This document shows, one piece after another, positions 52,201-64,000 of a DNA stretch of 64,000 nt. Each line of letters begins with the position of its first letter. The stretch's first letter is position 1. The position numbers were made by a program, and so were the translations under genes. The stretch spans positions 23,064,001 to 23,128,000 of the forward strand of contig OX597829.1 of the NCBI GenBank assembly GCA_951406725.2. Direction: 5' to 3'. Source of the stretch: Octopus vulgaris (Eukaryota). Below the pieces are notes generated by a model. The model saw only the letters and a program-made list of their open reading frames with translations. It was not told the origin of the DNA and did not search any database.

Positions 52201-52240
52201 GTATATATATATATATATATATATATTTGTGTGTGTGTGT

Positions 52241-52290
<50 letters not shown>

Positions 52291-52484
52291 ATATATATAT
52301 ATATATCAACCCACACACCCATCCTCACATTTTCCCACCTACACATACATACACGCACACGTCCAGACCGCCGCACATACATACTCTCTTATACGCACAC
52401 GCACCTTCGTGTTGGGAGTCATCTTTACTCTGTTATCTCCCCTACTTTCTTTCTCGTGTGTGACCCTTCTGTGCGAGTCAGACG

Positions 52485-52666
52485 CCATGATAGATCGTTA
52501 GCCACTACACACATTTTTTCATCTCCTTATTTTTTCTGTGTTCCTTTCTGTAGAAGAGCGTAGGCTCGAAACGTAAAAGACTTTTTCTATTCCTGAGCGT
52601 TACACTAATACATCTGTTTGTTTTGTACACTACCTGTCTTCGTCTTTTGTTTTTTTCGTAAACTCT

Positions 52667-52670
<4 letters not shown>
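52485..52670 (+). mobile_element. Penelope-like terminal remnant, same family as 655-835
   Basis: CTGTAGAA-GAGC-GTAG-GCTC-GAAACGTA; ends in (TA)n. Confidence 0.5.
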
Positions 52671-52717
<47 letters not shown>

Positions 52718-52720
<3 letters not shown>

Positions 52721-53120
52721 TTTTCTCTTTTTTTCTCTTTTTACTTGTTTCAGTCATTTGACTGCGGCCATGCTGGAGCACCGCCTTTTAGTCGAGCAAA
52801 TCGACCCCGGGACTTATTCTTTGTAAGCCCAGTACTTATTCTATCGGTCTCTTTTTGCCGAACTGCTAAGTGACAGGGTCGTAAACACACCAGCATCGGT
52901 TGTCAAGCAATGCTAGGGGGACATACACAAACACACACATATATATATACATATATACGGCAGGCTTCTTTCAGTTTCCGTCTACCAAATCCACTCACAG
53001 GGCATTGGTCGGCCCGGGGCTATAGCAGAAGACACTTGCCCAAGATGCCACGCAGTGGGACTGAACCCGGAACCATGTGGTTGGTTAGCAAGCTACTTAC
53101 CACACAACCACTCCTGCGCC
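52718..53120 (-). mobile_element. SINE family B, full length
   Basis: Family match; further heads at 53142-53276 and 53947-54092. Confidence 0.9.
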
Positions 53121-53332
53121 TATACATATATATATATATATACGATGAGCTTCTTTCAGTTTCCATCTAACAAATCCACTCAGAAGGCTTTGGTCGACCC
53201 GAGGCTATAGGAGAAGACACTTATCCAAGGTTCCACACAGTGGGAGTGAAGCTAGAGCAATGTGGTTGGGAAGCAAGAACTTTAGGTTAGTTGTACAAGA
53301 ACTTTATAAGCTGTATAAGAACTTTAAAAAAA

Positions 53333-53667
53333 AGACCCCCTTCGTTCATGAATGACCATGGGATTGCACCTAGAAAGTTACCCTCCTAGACACAAGTCCG
53401 GGCAAGGTTGTTTATGGAAGGCCAGCAGTCGCCCATGCATACCGGCCTCCCCTCTCCCCGCCACCAGTGTTATCCAAGGGAAAGACAAAGGTCGATACAG
53501 CTTGGCACCTGTGACGTCGCAACTCATTTCTACAGCTGAGTGAACTGGAGCAACGTGAAATAAAGTGCCTTGCTCGAGAACACAACACGTAGCCCGGTCC
53601 GGGATTCGAGCTCACAACCTCACGATCGTAAGCTCGACGCTCTAACCACTGAGCTATGCGCCTTCAC
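53333..53667 (-). mobile_element. SINE family D (tRNA-like head GTGAAGGCGCATAGCTCAGTGGTTAGAGCG)
   Basis: A- and B-box head, then TTCTCGAGCAAGGCACTTTATTTCACGTTGCTCCAG; ATAAGAACTTTA on both sides. Confidence 0.85.
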
Positions 53668-54092
53668 ATAAGAACTTTAGGTTAGTTAAAACGTGTTTGT
53701 GACATATTTCCACTTCTAAAGGTGAATTAACTGCAATTGCTGCAGAGAAAAAAACTCTCTCTTATGTTAAAAAGGTGTAAAAACACCATATCCGTCCAGT
53801 GCTGCCCACTGTTATATTCACAGACGCGTTTTTAGCTCATTAGCCGTTAGCGACGGGAAATACAAAAGAGAGGCAACTCCGGACAGACTTAATTAACTAA
53901 AACTCAGTCAATATCATTGATTGCGTTGCACCATTAGACCGCCACGACGGGCTTCTTTCAGTTTCCTCCTACCAAATCTACTGTTAAGGCTTTGATCGGC
54001 CCGTGGCTATAATAGAAGACAGTCACCGAAGGTGCCACGCAGTGAGACTGAACCCGGGAGCATATGGATGGGGAGCAAACTTTTTACCACAC

Positions 54093-54204
<112 letters not shown>

Positions 54205-54232
54205 GTCTGTCTGTCTGTCTGTCTATTTATCA

Positions 54233-54311
<79 letters not shown>

Positions 54312-54491
54312 GAGCGATCGATCTATCTATTGTCTCTCTCTTCCTATGTGTGTGTAAGCATGTATATATATGTGGGTATGTATGTATAGTTGTGTATGTA
54401 TGTATATATATATATATATATAAACATTTAAATGTATGTGAAGATACAGTTACACACACACTCACACATGCATGCATGTGCATGTATATGA

Positions 54492-54540
<49 letters not shown>

Positions 54541-54878
54541 GGGAGTTTATACCATTTCCGTGGCCTATATACGGCAGCAGCAGCAGCAGAGGTTCCACCC
54601 TGAATGAGACGCCAGTCTGTCGCAAGGTTAACCCGCAGCTGTTGCCGTTACTCATTTACGGCTGAACGGACTGGAACAATGGGGAATAAAAACCGTTTTG
54701 CTGAAGGCCCACGGCACGACACCCGCCCGCTCTAGGAATCGAAACCGAGATCCGATCTTACGAACACGATTCGAATAACCGTCCTAAACCACAAGGCCAA
54801 TCCTCATTCACGTACACACATGCACACACGTACATATACACACACAACACACACAAATGCACACATATGTATGCACTA

Positions 54879-55047
<169 letters not shown>

Positions 55048-55185
55048 CATATATGAACACATACACATAGTATATATATATATATATACACACATACACA
55101 CACACACAGAAATATACATATTCGCACACATAAATGTATATATGCATGCACACGCACACACACAGACATATATATATGTGTATGC

Positions 55186-55227
<42 letters not shown>

Positions 55228-55238
55228 GTTTGTGTGTG

Positions 55239-55276
<38 letters not shown>

Positions 55277-55378
55277 TAATCCAAACAAGAAAACAAAAGG
55301 ACAACAACGCAAGGATGTGGAACAAATAGAGTATTATTGGACGCTCAGGAAAGAAGGGAAGAAGGAGATATATATATA

Positions 55379-55499
<121 letters not shown>

Positions 55500-56293
55500 T
55501 TATACATACATATACATATGTATATATTTATACATACACAGACCCACACGCATACACCAACACACGCGCATGTATATTTTTATACATATGATGTATCTTT
55601 CGGTATGGAATACTCACCTCTTTTATGAAAATAGAAAAAAAAAAAATCCATGAAATTGCCAAAACGTCTTCCACTAAGCGAATTGAGAATTTGTTATTAT
55701 GGTTTTTCTTTGGGTTAACTGAAATCAGTCACCTACAAACATTCATATGTTGTTATATGGATAGAATCAAAAGACAAATAACGTAAAGACTCCAGCCTGT
55801 TGTTTACGTAAAAAGGTGTGTCATATTAAAATCTTCCACTTCAGACACGGCTGTGTGGTACAGACTTAGCTTCCCAACTATATGGGTTGAGGTTCAGACC
55901 CACTGAGTGACACCTTGGACAAGTGTCTCCTGTTTGATCCTCGGGCTCATGTAGAAGAGAGAGTGAACTTGAGAGTGGCCTTGTAGGTGGAAACTGAAAG
56001 AAACCCCGAGAAACGGAAGATGGAAGACGCGAGAATTTTTATTAATCACGCTAATTGTTTCGACACGTCTACACGTCTAGCATCGACTCCTCAAGAGTGG
56101 GACACTTAACAACTGGTCCAGGAGTGTCCGACGGTGCAGATGTGTATCTTCTGATGACAAATAGATATAACTCGTTAAAATATCGGTTCCACAATGTATC
56201 TTCTCATTTCATGCAAAGAAAAACAACAAAACAAAGGATATATCTTCATTTATACAGAAGATCAAAAATAAAATAACAAAAATAAAATAACAT

Positions 56294-56456
56294 AGGCGCA
56301 GGAGTGGCTGTGTAGTAAGTAGCTTGCTAACCAACCACATGGTTCCGGGTTCAGTCCCACTGCGTGGCATCTTGGGCAAGTGTCTTCTGCTATAGCCTCG
56401 GGCCGACCAATGCCTTGTGAGTGGATTTGGTAGACGGAAACTGAAAGAAGCCTGTC

Positions 56457-56502
<46 letters not shown>

Positions 56503-56710
56503 GTGTGTGCTTATGTGTCTGTGTTTGTCCCCCTAGCATTGCTTGACAACCGATGCTGGTGTGTTTACGTCCCCGTTACTTAGCGATTCGGCAAAAAAAG
56601 ACCGATAGAATAAGTACTGGGCTTACAAAGAATAAGTCCCGGGGTCGATTTGCTCGACCAAAGGCGGTGCTCCAGCATGGCCGCAGTCAAATGTCTGAAA
56701 CAAGTAAAAT
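56294..56710 (+). mobile_element. SINE family B, full length
   Basis: GGCGCAGGAGTGGCTGTG head, GGTTCAGTCCC B-box-like motif, CTTGGGCAAG, internal (TA)n/(TG)n and tail. Confidence 0.92.
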
Positions 56711-57626
56711 AAAAAAAAAAAGAATAAAAAATAAAAATGAAAAATGCAAAAAAAAAAAGAAACGAACACGTCACAGAGTGAGAAACGTATTTTAGACACA
56801 CACACAGACACACACACACACACACATAAATTACTACTCAAAACTATAAAGCCACATGTTTTTTAAGTTATTTAGAAATTTAACTCTGTATTTAAGCGGA
56901 CTAGGGGTATAATATATCCTAAACGAGTATTTCGTGAATACTTTGAAATGTAAACCTTGTACCTTTATTATCACATTACAACATCTGATTTTCCAATTTT
57001 CCCTAGCATACCAACACTTCAGAACTATGAAGCTACTACTAATACATTTTCATTTCTTCCCAGATTGATTCGGGAAATATTCGACTCAATCGTATTCCCC
57101 GTGATCCAGATAACATTTCTAGTATGATTAAAGCTACAAATTTTTTCCGAAATTGAACAAGGGAATATTCTTGCACTGAAAGTGGAAGGAATGAGTAACA
57201 GGAAGATTGCCGAGAAGATTCGGTGAAGCAGAACGCCAGTGGACAATTTTCTGAAAGATCCTGACGGCTACAACAGGGTTCATGCTGATGGACGTCCAAA
57301 GGTTACATCACAAATGGGTAAAAAATGCCATTGACACGCTGCTCTTTTGTTTCCAAAATCAAGGCATCAGCAGGCGTAGGAACCTCGACACATGCCGTAA
57401 GAAGAATGATTTTGAACCGTGGTTTCTATCTGCAGAAGCGGCTAGGACATCCATTATTGTCCCCCTCCTCACAAAGTTGTTAGATTGGAGTTTGCTCGGT
57501 AGCATCAGACCTGGGATGGTGAATGGACCAGAGCACCCTTCTCTGGTGAGGAAAAAAATAGAATTTGGATGGTTACGGCGGTTATAAGTAATACTGAGCA
57601 AATAAGTGTATACAAAATTCTACTTA

Positions 57627-57860
57627 ATTTTTTCTTTATTGCCCACGGGGATGAACATAGAGGAGACAAACAAAGACAGACAAACGGATTAAGTCGATTA
57701 CATCGACCCCAGTGCGTAACTGGTACTTATTTAATCGACCCCAAAAGGATGAAAGGCAAAGTCGACCTCGGCGGAATTTGAACTCAGAACGTACCGGCAG
57801 ACGAAATACCGCTAAGCAATTTGCCCGGCGTGCTAACGTTTCTGCCAGCTCGCCGCCCTT
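57627..57860 (-). mobile_element. SINE family A with 13-bp TSD
   Basis: AAAATTCTACTTA at 57614-57626 and 57861-57873. Confidence 0.93.
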
Positions 57861-58087
57861 AAAATTCTACTTATTACAAGCAGCAGAACAGCGGAGGAGG
57901 TCTTATGGTGTAGAGAGCAATATCTGCCAATGGGAAGAAGCTACCACTTGTCATAATGGATGGCCATTTCAATGTTGCACGATACATCGATATTCTGGAC
58001 AGGGTTCATATTGACGAAGAAGGAAGAAGGCTCCATGGCGAGACCTTTATATTTTAACAGAACGATGCTCCTAATTATAAAACAAAG

Positions 58088-58476
58088 GTGGAGGCGCAAT
58101 GGCCCAGTGGTTAGGGCAGCGGACTCGCGGTCGTAGGATCGCGGTTTCGATTCCCAGACCGGGCGTTGTGAGTGTTTATTGAGCGAAATCACCTAAAGCT
58201 CCACGATGCTCCGGCAGGGGATGGTGGTGATCCCTGCTGTACTCTTTCACCACAACTTTCTCTCACTCTTACTTCCTGTTTCTGTTGTACCTGTATTTCA
58301 AAGGGCCGGCCTTGTCACTCTCTGTGTCACGCTGAATATCCCCGAGAGCTACGGTAAGGGTACACGTGTCTGTGGAGTGCTCAGCCACTCACACGTTAAT
58401 TTCACGAGCAGGCTGTTCCGTTGATCGGATCAAACGGAACCCTCGTCGTCGTAACCGACGGAGTGCTTCCTTTCCC
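58088..58476 (+). mobile_element. SINE family C with 12-bp TSD
   Basis: TATAAAACAAAG at 58076-58087 and 58477-58488. Confidence 0.93.
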
Positions 58477-59097
58477 TATAAAACAAAGGCAACTTTGGAT
58501 TTCCTCCATGTAATTGTGATTGAAGTCATGCCATGGTTATCAAGAAGTCCCGACCTTAATACTACAGAGAATGCTTGGGGATACCTCACGAATGTTGTAC
58601 ACAGTGAAAGCAGGCAGTATTCATTTGCTGATGGACTTGAAACAGCAATAAAGAAAGAGCTCTTTCACTTAATCTACCGTAGAAGTTTATTGGGAGCATG
58701 AAATCGCGTGTCTTTGAAGTAATTCAGAGAGGTGATGGTCAATCATACTATTGTTGATGTATCGCATGAGAATATCATTGAAACGTATCTTAATTTTCCT
58801 GTTTTGTATCATTTTTGCTACATCAGTCAATGGGATATTTTTTTATATTTTTTAATAGGAAAAAATGGAAAAAATAAGAATGAATATTTATTTTATGAGT
58901 GCTGTGTATTAAGTCTATAAAATTGTGCATAAAGTATATAAAATGCGTTAAGTAATCATCATATTCCAATTTATTTCGCTTTTCAATGAATAGCAGATGA
59001 GCGACTATCTTTTCATACAGACACAACACAAGCTATGCTTTCAGGTTTTTTGGGATAAAGTTTTCAGAAATAAAACCCAATAGGCTTACCAATAATT

Positions 59098-59125
59098 CCA
59101 TGAAATATTCACGGGTCCCGCTAGT
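59098..59125 (+). mobile_element. Possible Helitron 3' end
   Basis: Hairpin CCATGAA-ATA-TTCACGG followed by CTAG|T at 59121-59125; no 5' end found. Confidence 0.4.
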
Positions 59126-59157
59126 TATTGTTATTGTTGTTGTTATAATAATAATAT

Positions 59158-59248
<91 letters not shown>

Positions 59249-59829
59249 GAGTGAGAGAGCAGTTCATGCCATCAAAGTGACACTGGGGTAAAATATACGA
59301 AGCCCAGTATACCCATCATGACTACCCGTCTGATAAAGGTACACCAGGCACATGCATCACAACCATATGTGCGCGACATGGTGATCTCAAATCAAGATAA
59401 ACAGCACATGACCTTGCAGGTGGGGCCCAGTTAGAATTTTCTTCAGGTTGAGTAGCCCATCCCGCTCAAACGGTCCCTGAATAAGGGTTGTTTAAGGATG
59501 TTGAAAGAACCACCCATGTTTCCAGAGGTGAACCCCAAAGAATCCCTCTCAACACATGGCTATGATGCTCCCCCACTACTTCTGCTCGTGATCAGAGATG
59601 CACATATCGTCAGCCACTAAGGGACATGCTCAACTGGTTAAGGTCAAACAACTGACAAGCAAATCTGTGGTATTGAGCAGAATATTTGCTGTAGCCCATC
59701 TTTTATACCAAGACAAAACAATGTACATGATAACACTTCCAATCAGTTAAGATCAGAAGCCACGAGAGCCACTGCCTGGTACTGCATCAGGGCATAGGTA
59801 CTGCATCAGGGCATGGTACTGCATCAGGG

Positions 59830-59832
<3 letters not shown>
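59249..59832 (-). mobile_element. ~550-bp (TAA)n-embedded element, copy 3, with a triplicated terminal 18-mer
   Basis: Close homologue of 6350-6903; GGTACTGCATCAGGGCAT occurs three times at 59778-59832. Confidence 0.88.
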
Positions 59833-59881
<49 letters not shown>

Positions 59882-60486
59882 GCTTCATCTTTATTATTTT
59901 GCATTTCTTTTATACAGTGAGTTGGCAGAATCATTAGCATGCCAGACTAAATGCTTAGCAGTATGTCTTCCGGTTTTACGTTCTGACTTCAAATTCCAGC
60001 GAAGTCGACTTTGCCTTTCATCCTTTTATAGTCGATAAAATAAGTATCAGTTGATTACTGAGTCTCAGTGTAATCGACATACATCATACCGTTGAAATTG
60101 TTATCCTTGTGTCAACATTTTTAAATCATTCTTTTACAATTCATTTACAGTGTCTGAGCGTATTAAGAAATGATAATATCGCTCTATTGTTTCTTTGCTA
60201 ATCCTAAGCGGTTGTGATCTGTGATATTATTAGGAATTTTGGACAGGAATTTCGTGCCACTGTTTGGATGCGAGAATCAATACAGTTAAATTTCCATAAA
60301 GTTTGCTAAACTTCTGTAACGTATCGAGAATAGTGGAATGGGTGGAAATGTATTTTTGTTAATTCTCTTTGAGCTGCTCTTCCGAAAACAACCTTGCCCA
60401 GATTTGTGCCTCAAAGGGTAACTTTCTAGGTGCAATCGTTTGTGGCTTTATTTTTAGCGGCAATTCTTCTGGCTTTACGTTCTGAG

Positions 60487-60716
60487 CTGGGCCGTCTTAG
60501 GAGCATTATAAGCACCCGGGAAGATCACTGCTCTGGGGCCATTAATATTTTTTTGTGTATTGACAGCAAGCCACAGAACACAAAGATCAGAATTAGGACC
60601 CTATACGCGTGATACCCTTATTATCTATTGACAGCAAGCCACAGCATACATAGATCAGAATTGAGGCCTCTAGACACGTGAAACCCCCAGTATGTCCATA
60701 CCTTTAGACGACACTG
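60487..60716. mobile_element. hAT-like MITE inserted in an old family A SINE
   Basis: Imperfect TIRs CTGGGCCGTCTTA / TAGACGACACTG; 8-bp TSD GTTCTGAG (60479-60486) and GTTCAGAG (60717-60724); internal two-copy repeat TATTGACAGCAAGCCACAG..GATCAGAATT. Confidence 0.6.
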
Positions 60717-61745
60717 GTTCAGAGTTAAAATTCCGCCGAGGCCGATTTTGATTTTCATCGTTTCAGAGTCGATAAAATAAGTACCATTAGAGCACTGGAG
60801 AAGATATAAGCGACCATCCCCTCCCACCAAATTCTAGTCATATAGCAGAAATAATCCATAGTACTTCTATTGTAATAAAAAGAAACCCAACAAATTCTTG
60901 AAACGTAGGAAGTTAATTCGGGTCTCTTGAAGCACCATATTTTTACACCAAGTAAGGAAAGAGTTATGGAAACATGTTGCCTCGATATGAATTATATCCT
61001 ATTAAACTTCGTGGGTGATATTTTGTTCAGCCGCATTCCAATTAAGATTGTATGATTAAGAAACAACATTAAAATGGGAGCTTTAATTAACAATAATTTT
61101 CTCTCATCATCAAAAAACCGCTTCCTTTCAATTGAAAGTGAAATGTTTAGATGAGAATCTTAGAATTTTTGGAGTTACGTAGCCAAACGAAAATGGTAAA
61201 CATTTTGCTTGGAGAGCAACAAAGGGAGGAATCCGCGAATTTGCCTGAATATGCTTAGCAGATGTTGCTTGGCCAGATACCAAAATGTTTGCATTTCTGA
61301 AGGAATGGTTGTTTGTTAAACATACGTTGTATGAAAGTGAAAGCCCGAGGGTCTGTTTAGGTTATTACAAGTAACAATGAACCCTTGTCTGATTAGATGT
61401 GAAACATGGATGAAGTATTTTAAATGAAGACAGATTTTTGTCCTTCATTCAGAATTACAAACGAATAAAAATACTGAGTGAGGTGAAGGGGGAGGGGGGT
61501 TAAAATGGATGGTCTGCATTTCTATAGCTGTTGGTGTTGATTCTCTTGTTGTTGATGTTGTTATTATTGCTAATGTTGTAGCAGTAGTGGTAGTGGTTAT
61601 TATTGTTGTTGATTTCGATGTGGTGGTCGTTGTTATAGAAGTAGTAGTTTTTTGGGGTTTTTTTTTGCAGATGTGGTACTAGTAACTATTGTTGTTGTCA
61701 ATGTTGCTGCTGTTGCTGTAGTAGTAGTAGTAGTAGTAGTAGTAG

Positions 61746-61776
<31 letters not shown>

Positions 61777-61825
61777 AGTAGTAGTAGTAGAGGGTGGTAG
61801 TAGTGGTGGTGGCTGCGGCGGCGAC

Positions 61826-61866
<41 letters not shown>

Positions 61867-62230
61867 TTGTAGCGTTGCTGTTGTTGTTGTTGTTGTTGCT
61901 TATTGTTCTTGCTATTGTTGTTGTAGTTATCACTGTAGTAGTAGTAGTAGTTGTTGTTGTTTTTCTTACAGTTTAGACCAAGAGCAAAGACTATACCTTT
62001 GTGTTACAAGTACAGCCCACCATACGACAGGCTTCCACACAGTTTCCGTCTCCTCAATTTCAAAAATCTCATGACTTGGATCGGACCCAAAGAAATAGCA
62101 AAAAAAAAAAAAAGAAAAGCAAAAAAAAAAATGACATTCGGTCATTAATGGGATCGAGCCTACGACATTATGATTGCATAACATATTATTATGCATTCTG
62201 GCCCAAAATACACACTCAGATATATAAGCG

Positions 62231-62569
<339 letters not shown>

Positions 62570-63009
62570 CTGGGTTATCAGATTAATTCATTGCAGATTA
62601 TTATGAATTCTGTTCACAAACGCACACACACACACAAGTACATATGCACACAAGGATTTGGGTTGTCAGATTAATTCGTTCGTTTTTTTTTTTTGTTTTT
62701 TTAGTTTCCGACTTTGCACTACTCCATTGTCATATGTCTTAAAAGAGGTAAAATTTATCCAAATTAAAAAAAAAAAAAACGATAGATAAAATTTGTAGAA
62801 GAAGAATAACGCTACAAAAAATAATAAGAGAAGGAAAAGGAAAGAAAGAAAAACAAAAAGATAAAAAAAAAAACTACGGTAAAAATACTGGAAATAACTG
62901 GAAATGTGAAGTAATTTATCTAACAATTCAATAAGTACTTGCGCGTGCGCACACACGCACTTACACACTCCACACACATTCATATAAATACGCACTCAAA
63001 ACACTTATA

Positions 63010-63406
63010 CTTATTTCTTTATTGCCCCCCAGGGGGCTAAACGCAGGGAACGAACTAGGACAGACAAAGGGATTAAGTCGACTAGATCGACTCTAGTGCG
63101 TAACTGGTACTTATTTAATAGAGGAAAGGCAAAGTCGACCTTATCAGAATTTGAACTTAGAACGTAACGGCAGACGAAATACATATTTCTTTACTACCCA
63201 CAAGGGGCTACACACAGAGACGACAATCAAGGCCAGACAAACGGATTAAGTCGATTATATCGACCCCAGTGCGTAACTGGTACTTAATTTATCGACCCCG
63301 ATCTCGGCAAAGTCTCGGCGGAATTTGAACTCAGAATGTAACAGCAGACGAAATACCCCTAAGCATTTCGCCCGGCGTGTTAACGGTTCTGCCAGCTCAC
63401 CGCCTT
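63010..63406 (-). mobile_element. Two adjacent family A SINEs
   Basis: Tails at ~63012 and ~63184; head at 63406. Confidence 0.8.
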
Positions 63407-63617
63407 TTAAAACACTTGTACTAACACACAAGCGTAGTTATACTGTCACTGGAATTAGCATCCTTTCTGCTATAAACACAAGACCTGAAAAATCTGAAGT
63501 AGGGGTCCGGTCCATTACATCGACCCCCAGAACTTGCCTGGTTACTTATTTCATCGTACCCGAAAGAATGAATGGTAAAGTCAACCTCAACGGATTTTAA
63601 AGTCAGAACATAAAAAG

Positions 63618-63990
63618 CGCAGGCGTGACTGTGTGGTCAGAAGTTTGCTTTCCAGCCATATGGTTCCGCGTTCAGTCCCACTGCGTGGCACCTTTGACAA
63701 GTGTCTTCTGCTATAGTCTCGGGTCGACCAAAGCGTTGTGAGTGGATTTGGTTTACGGAAACTGAAAAAAGCCCGTCGTATGTGTGTGTGTGTGTGTGTG
63801 TGTGTATGTCCCCTCCCCCCATCGGTTGACAACCGATATTGGTGTGTTTACGTGCCTGTAACTTAGTGGTTCGGCAAAAGAAACCGATAGAATAATTACT
63901 AGGCTTACAAAGGTTAAGTTCTGGGATCGACTTGTTAGACTAAAGGTGGTGCTCCAGCATGGCAGCAGTCAAATGAGTGAAACAAGTTTT
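63618..63990 (+). mobile_element. SINE family B
   Basis: Family match. Confidence 0.85.
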
Positions 63991-64000
63991 AAAAAAAGCC

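Larger units (their letters stand above)
57124..58753 (+). pseudogene. Degraded Tc3-like transposase split by two SINE insertions
   Basis: EQGNILALKVEGMSNRKIAEKI..NFLKDPDGY..GRPK, RLEFAR..FSGE..NLDG, GGGLMV, F*QNDAP and WLSRSPDLNTTENAWG. TIRs not identified. Confidence 0.85.

Noticed and set aside
56040-56110. Hammerhead-like TTGAGGA..GAAAC on the minus strand
   Set aside because: Core and stems are degenerate; at most an old pLTR scrap.
58088-58165. tRNA-like sequences here and at ~44665-44742, ~53590-53667 and ~20955-21026
   Set aside because: No clean acceptor stem, and each runs into a repeat body; they are SINE-type heads, not tRNA genes.

Overview
Repeat-saturated, AT-rich animal DNA. 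The SINE families and the (TA)n/(CA)n/(TACA)n/(TAA)n load suggest a coleoid cephalopod such as Octopus (inference from recollection, not a search). Nearly all of the ORF track is microsatellite or SINE artefact, and no intact protein-coding gene can be established. Real content: at least four tRNA-headed SINE families in dozens of copies; a 5'-truncated L1/Tx1-clade LINE plus two older remnants; four R4/Dong-like RLE-LINE 3' fragments in (TAA)n; a ~550-bp non-coding element found three times in (TAA)n; a Penelope-like GIY-YIG remnant with a hammerhead ribozyme; palindromic hammerhead remnants; a tRNA-headed element ending in a hammerhead; a full-length dead mariner; Tc1/TRT-like and Tc3-like remnants; Helitron, Helentron and hAT-type non-autonomous elements. 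There are weak candidate minus-strand host exons (27311-27454, a donor at 28580, 17606-17754). The best leads are the tRNA-plus-hammerhead element, the TAA-targeted element with its likely R4/Dong partner, and the 3' tail shared by a SINE and the Tx1-like LINE. Repeat boundaries were read by eye and are approximate.
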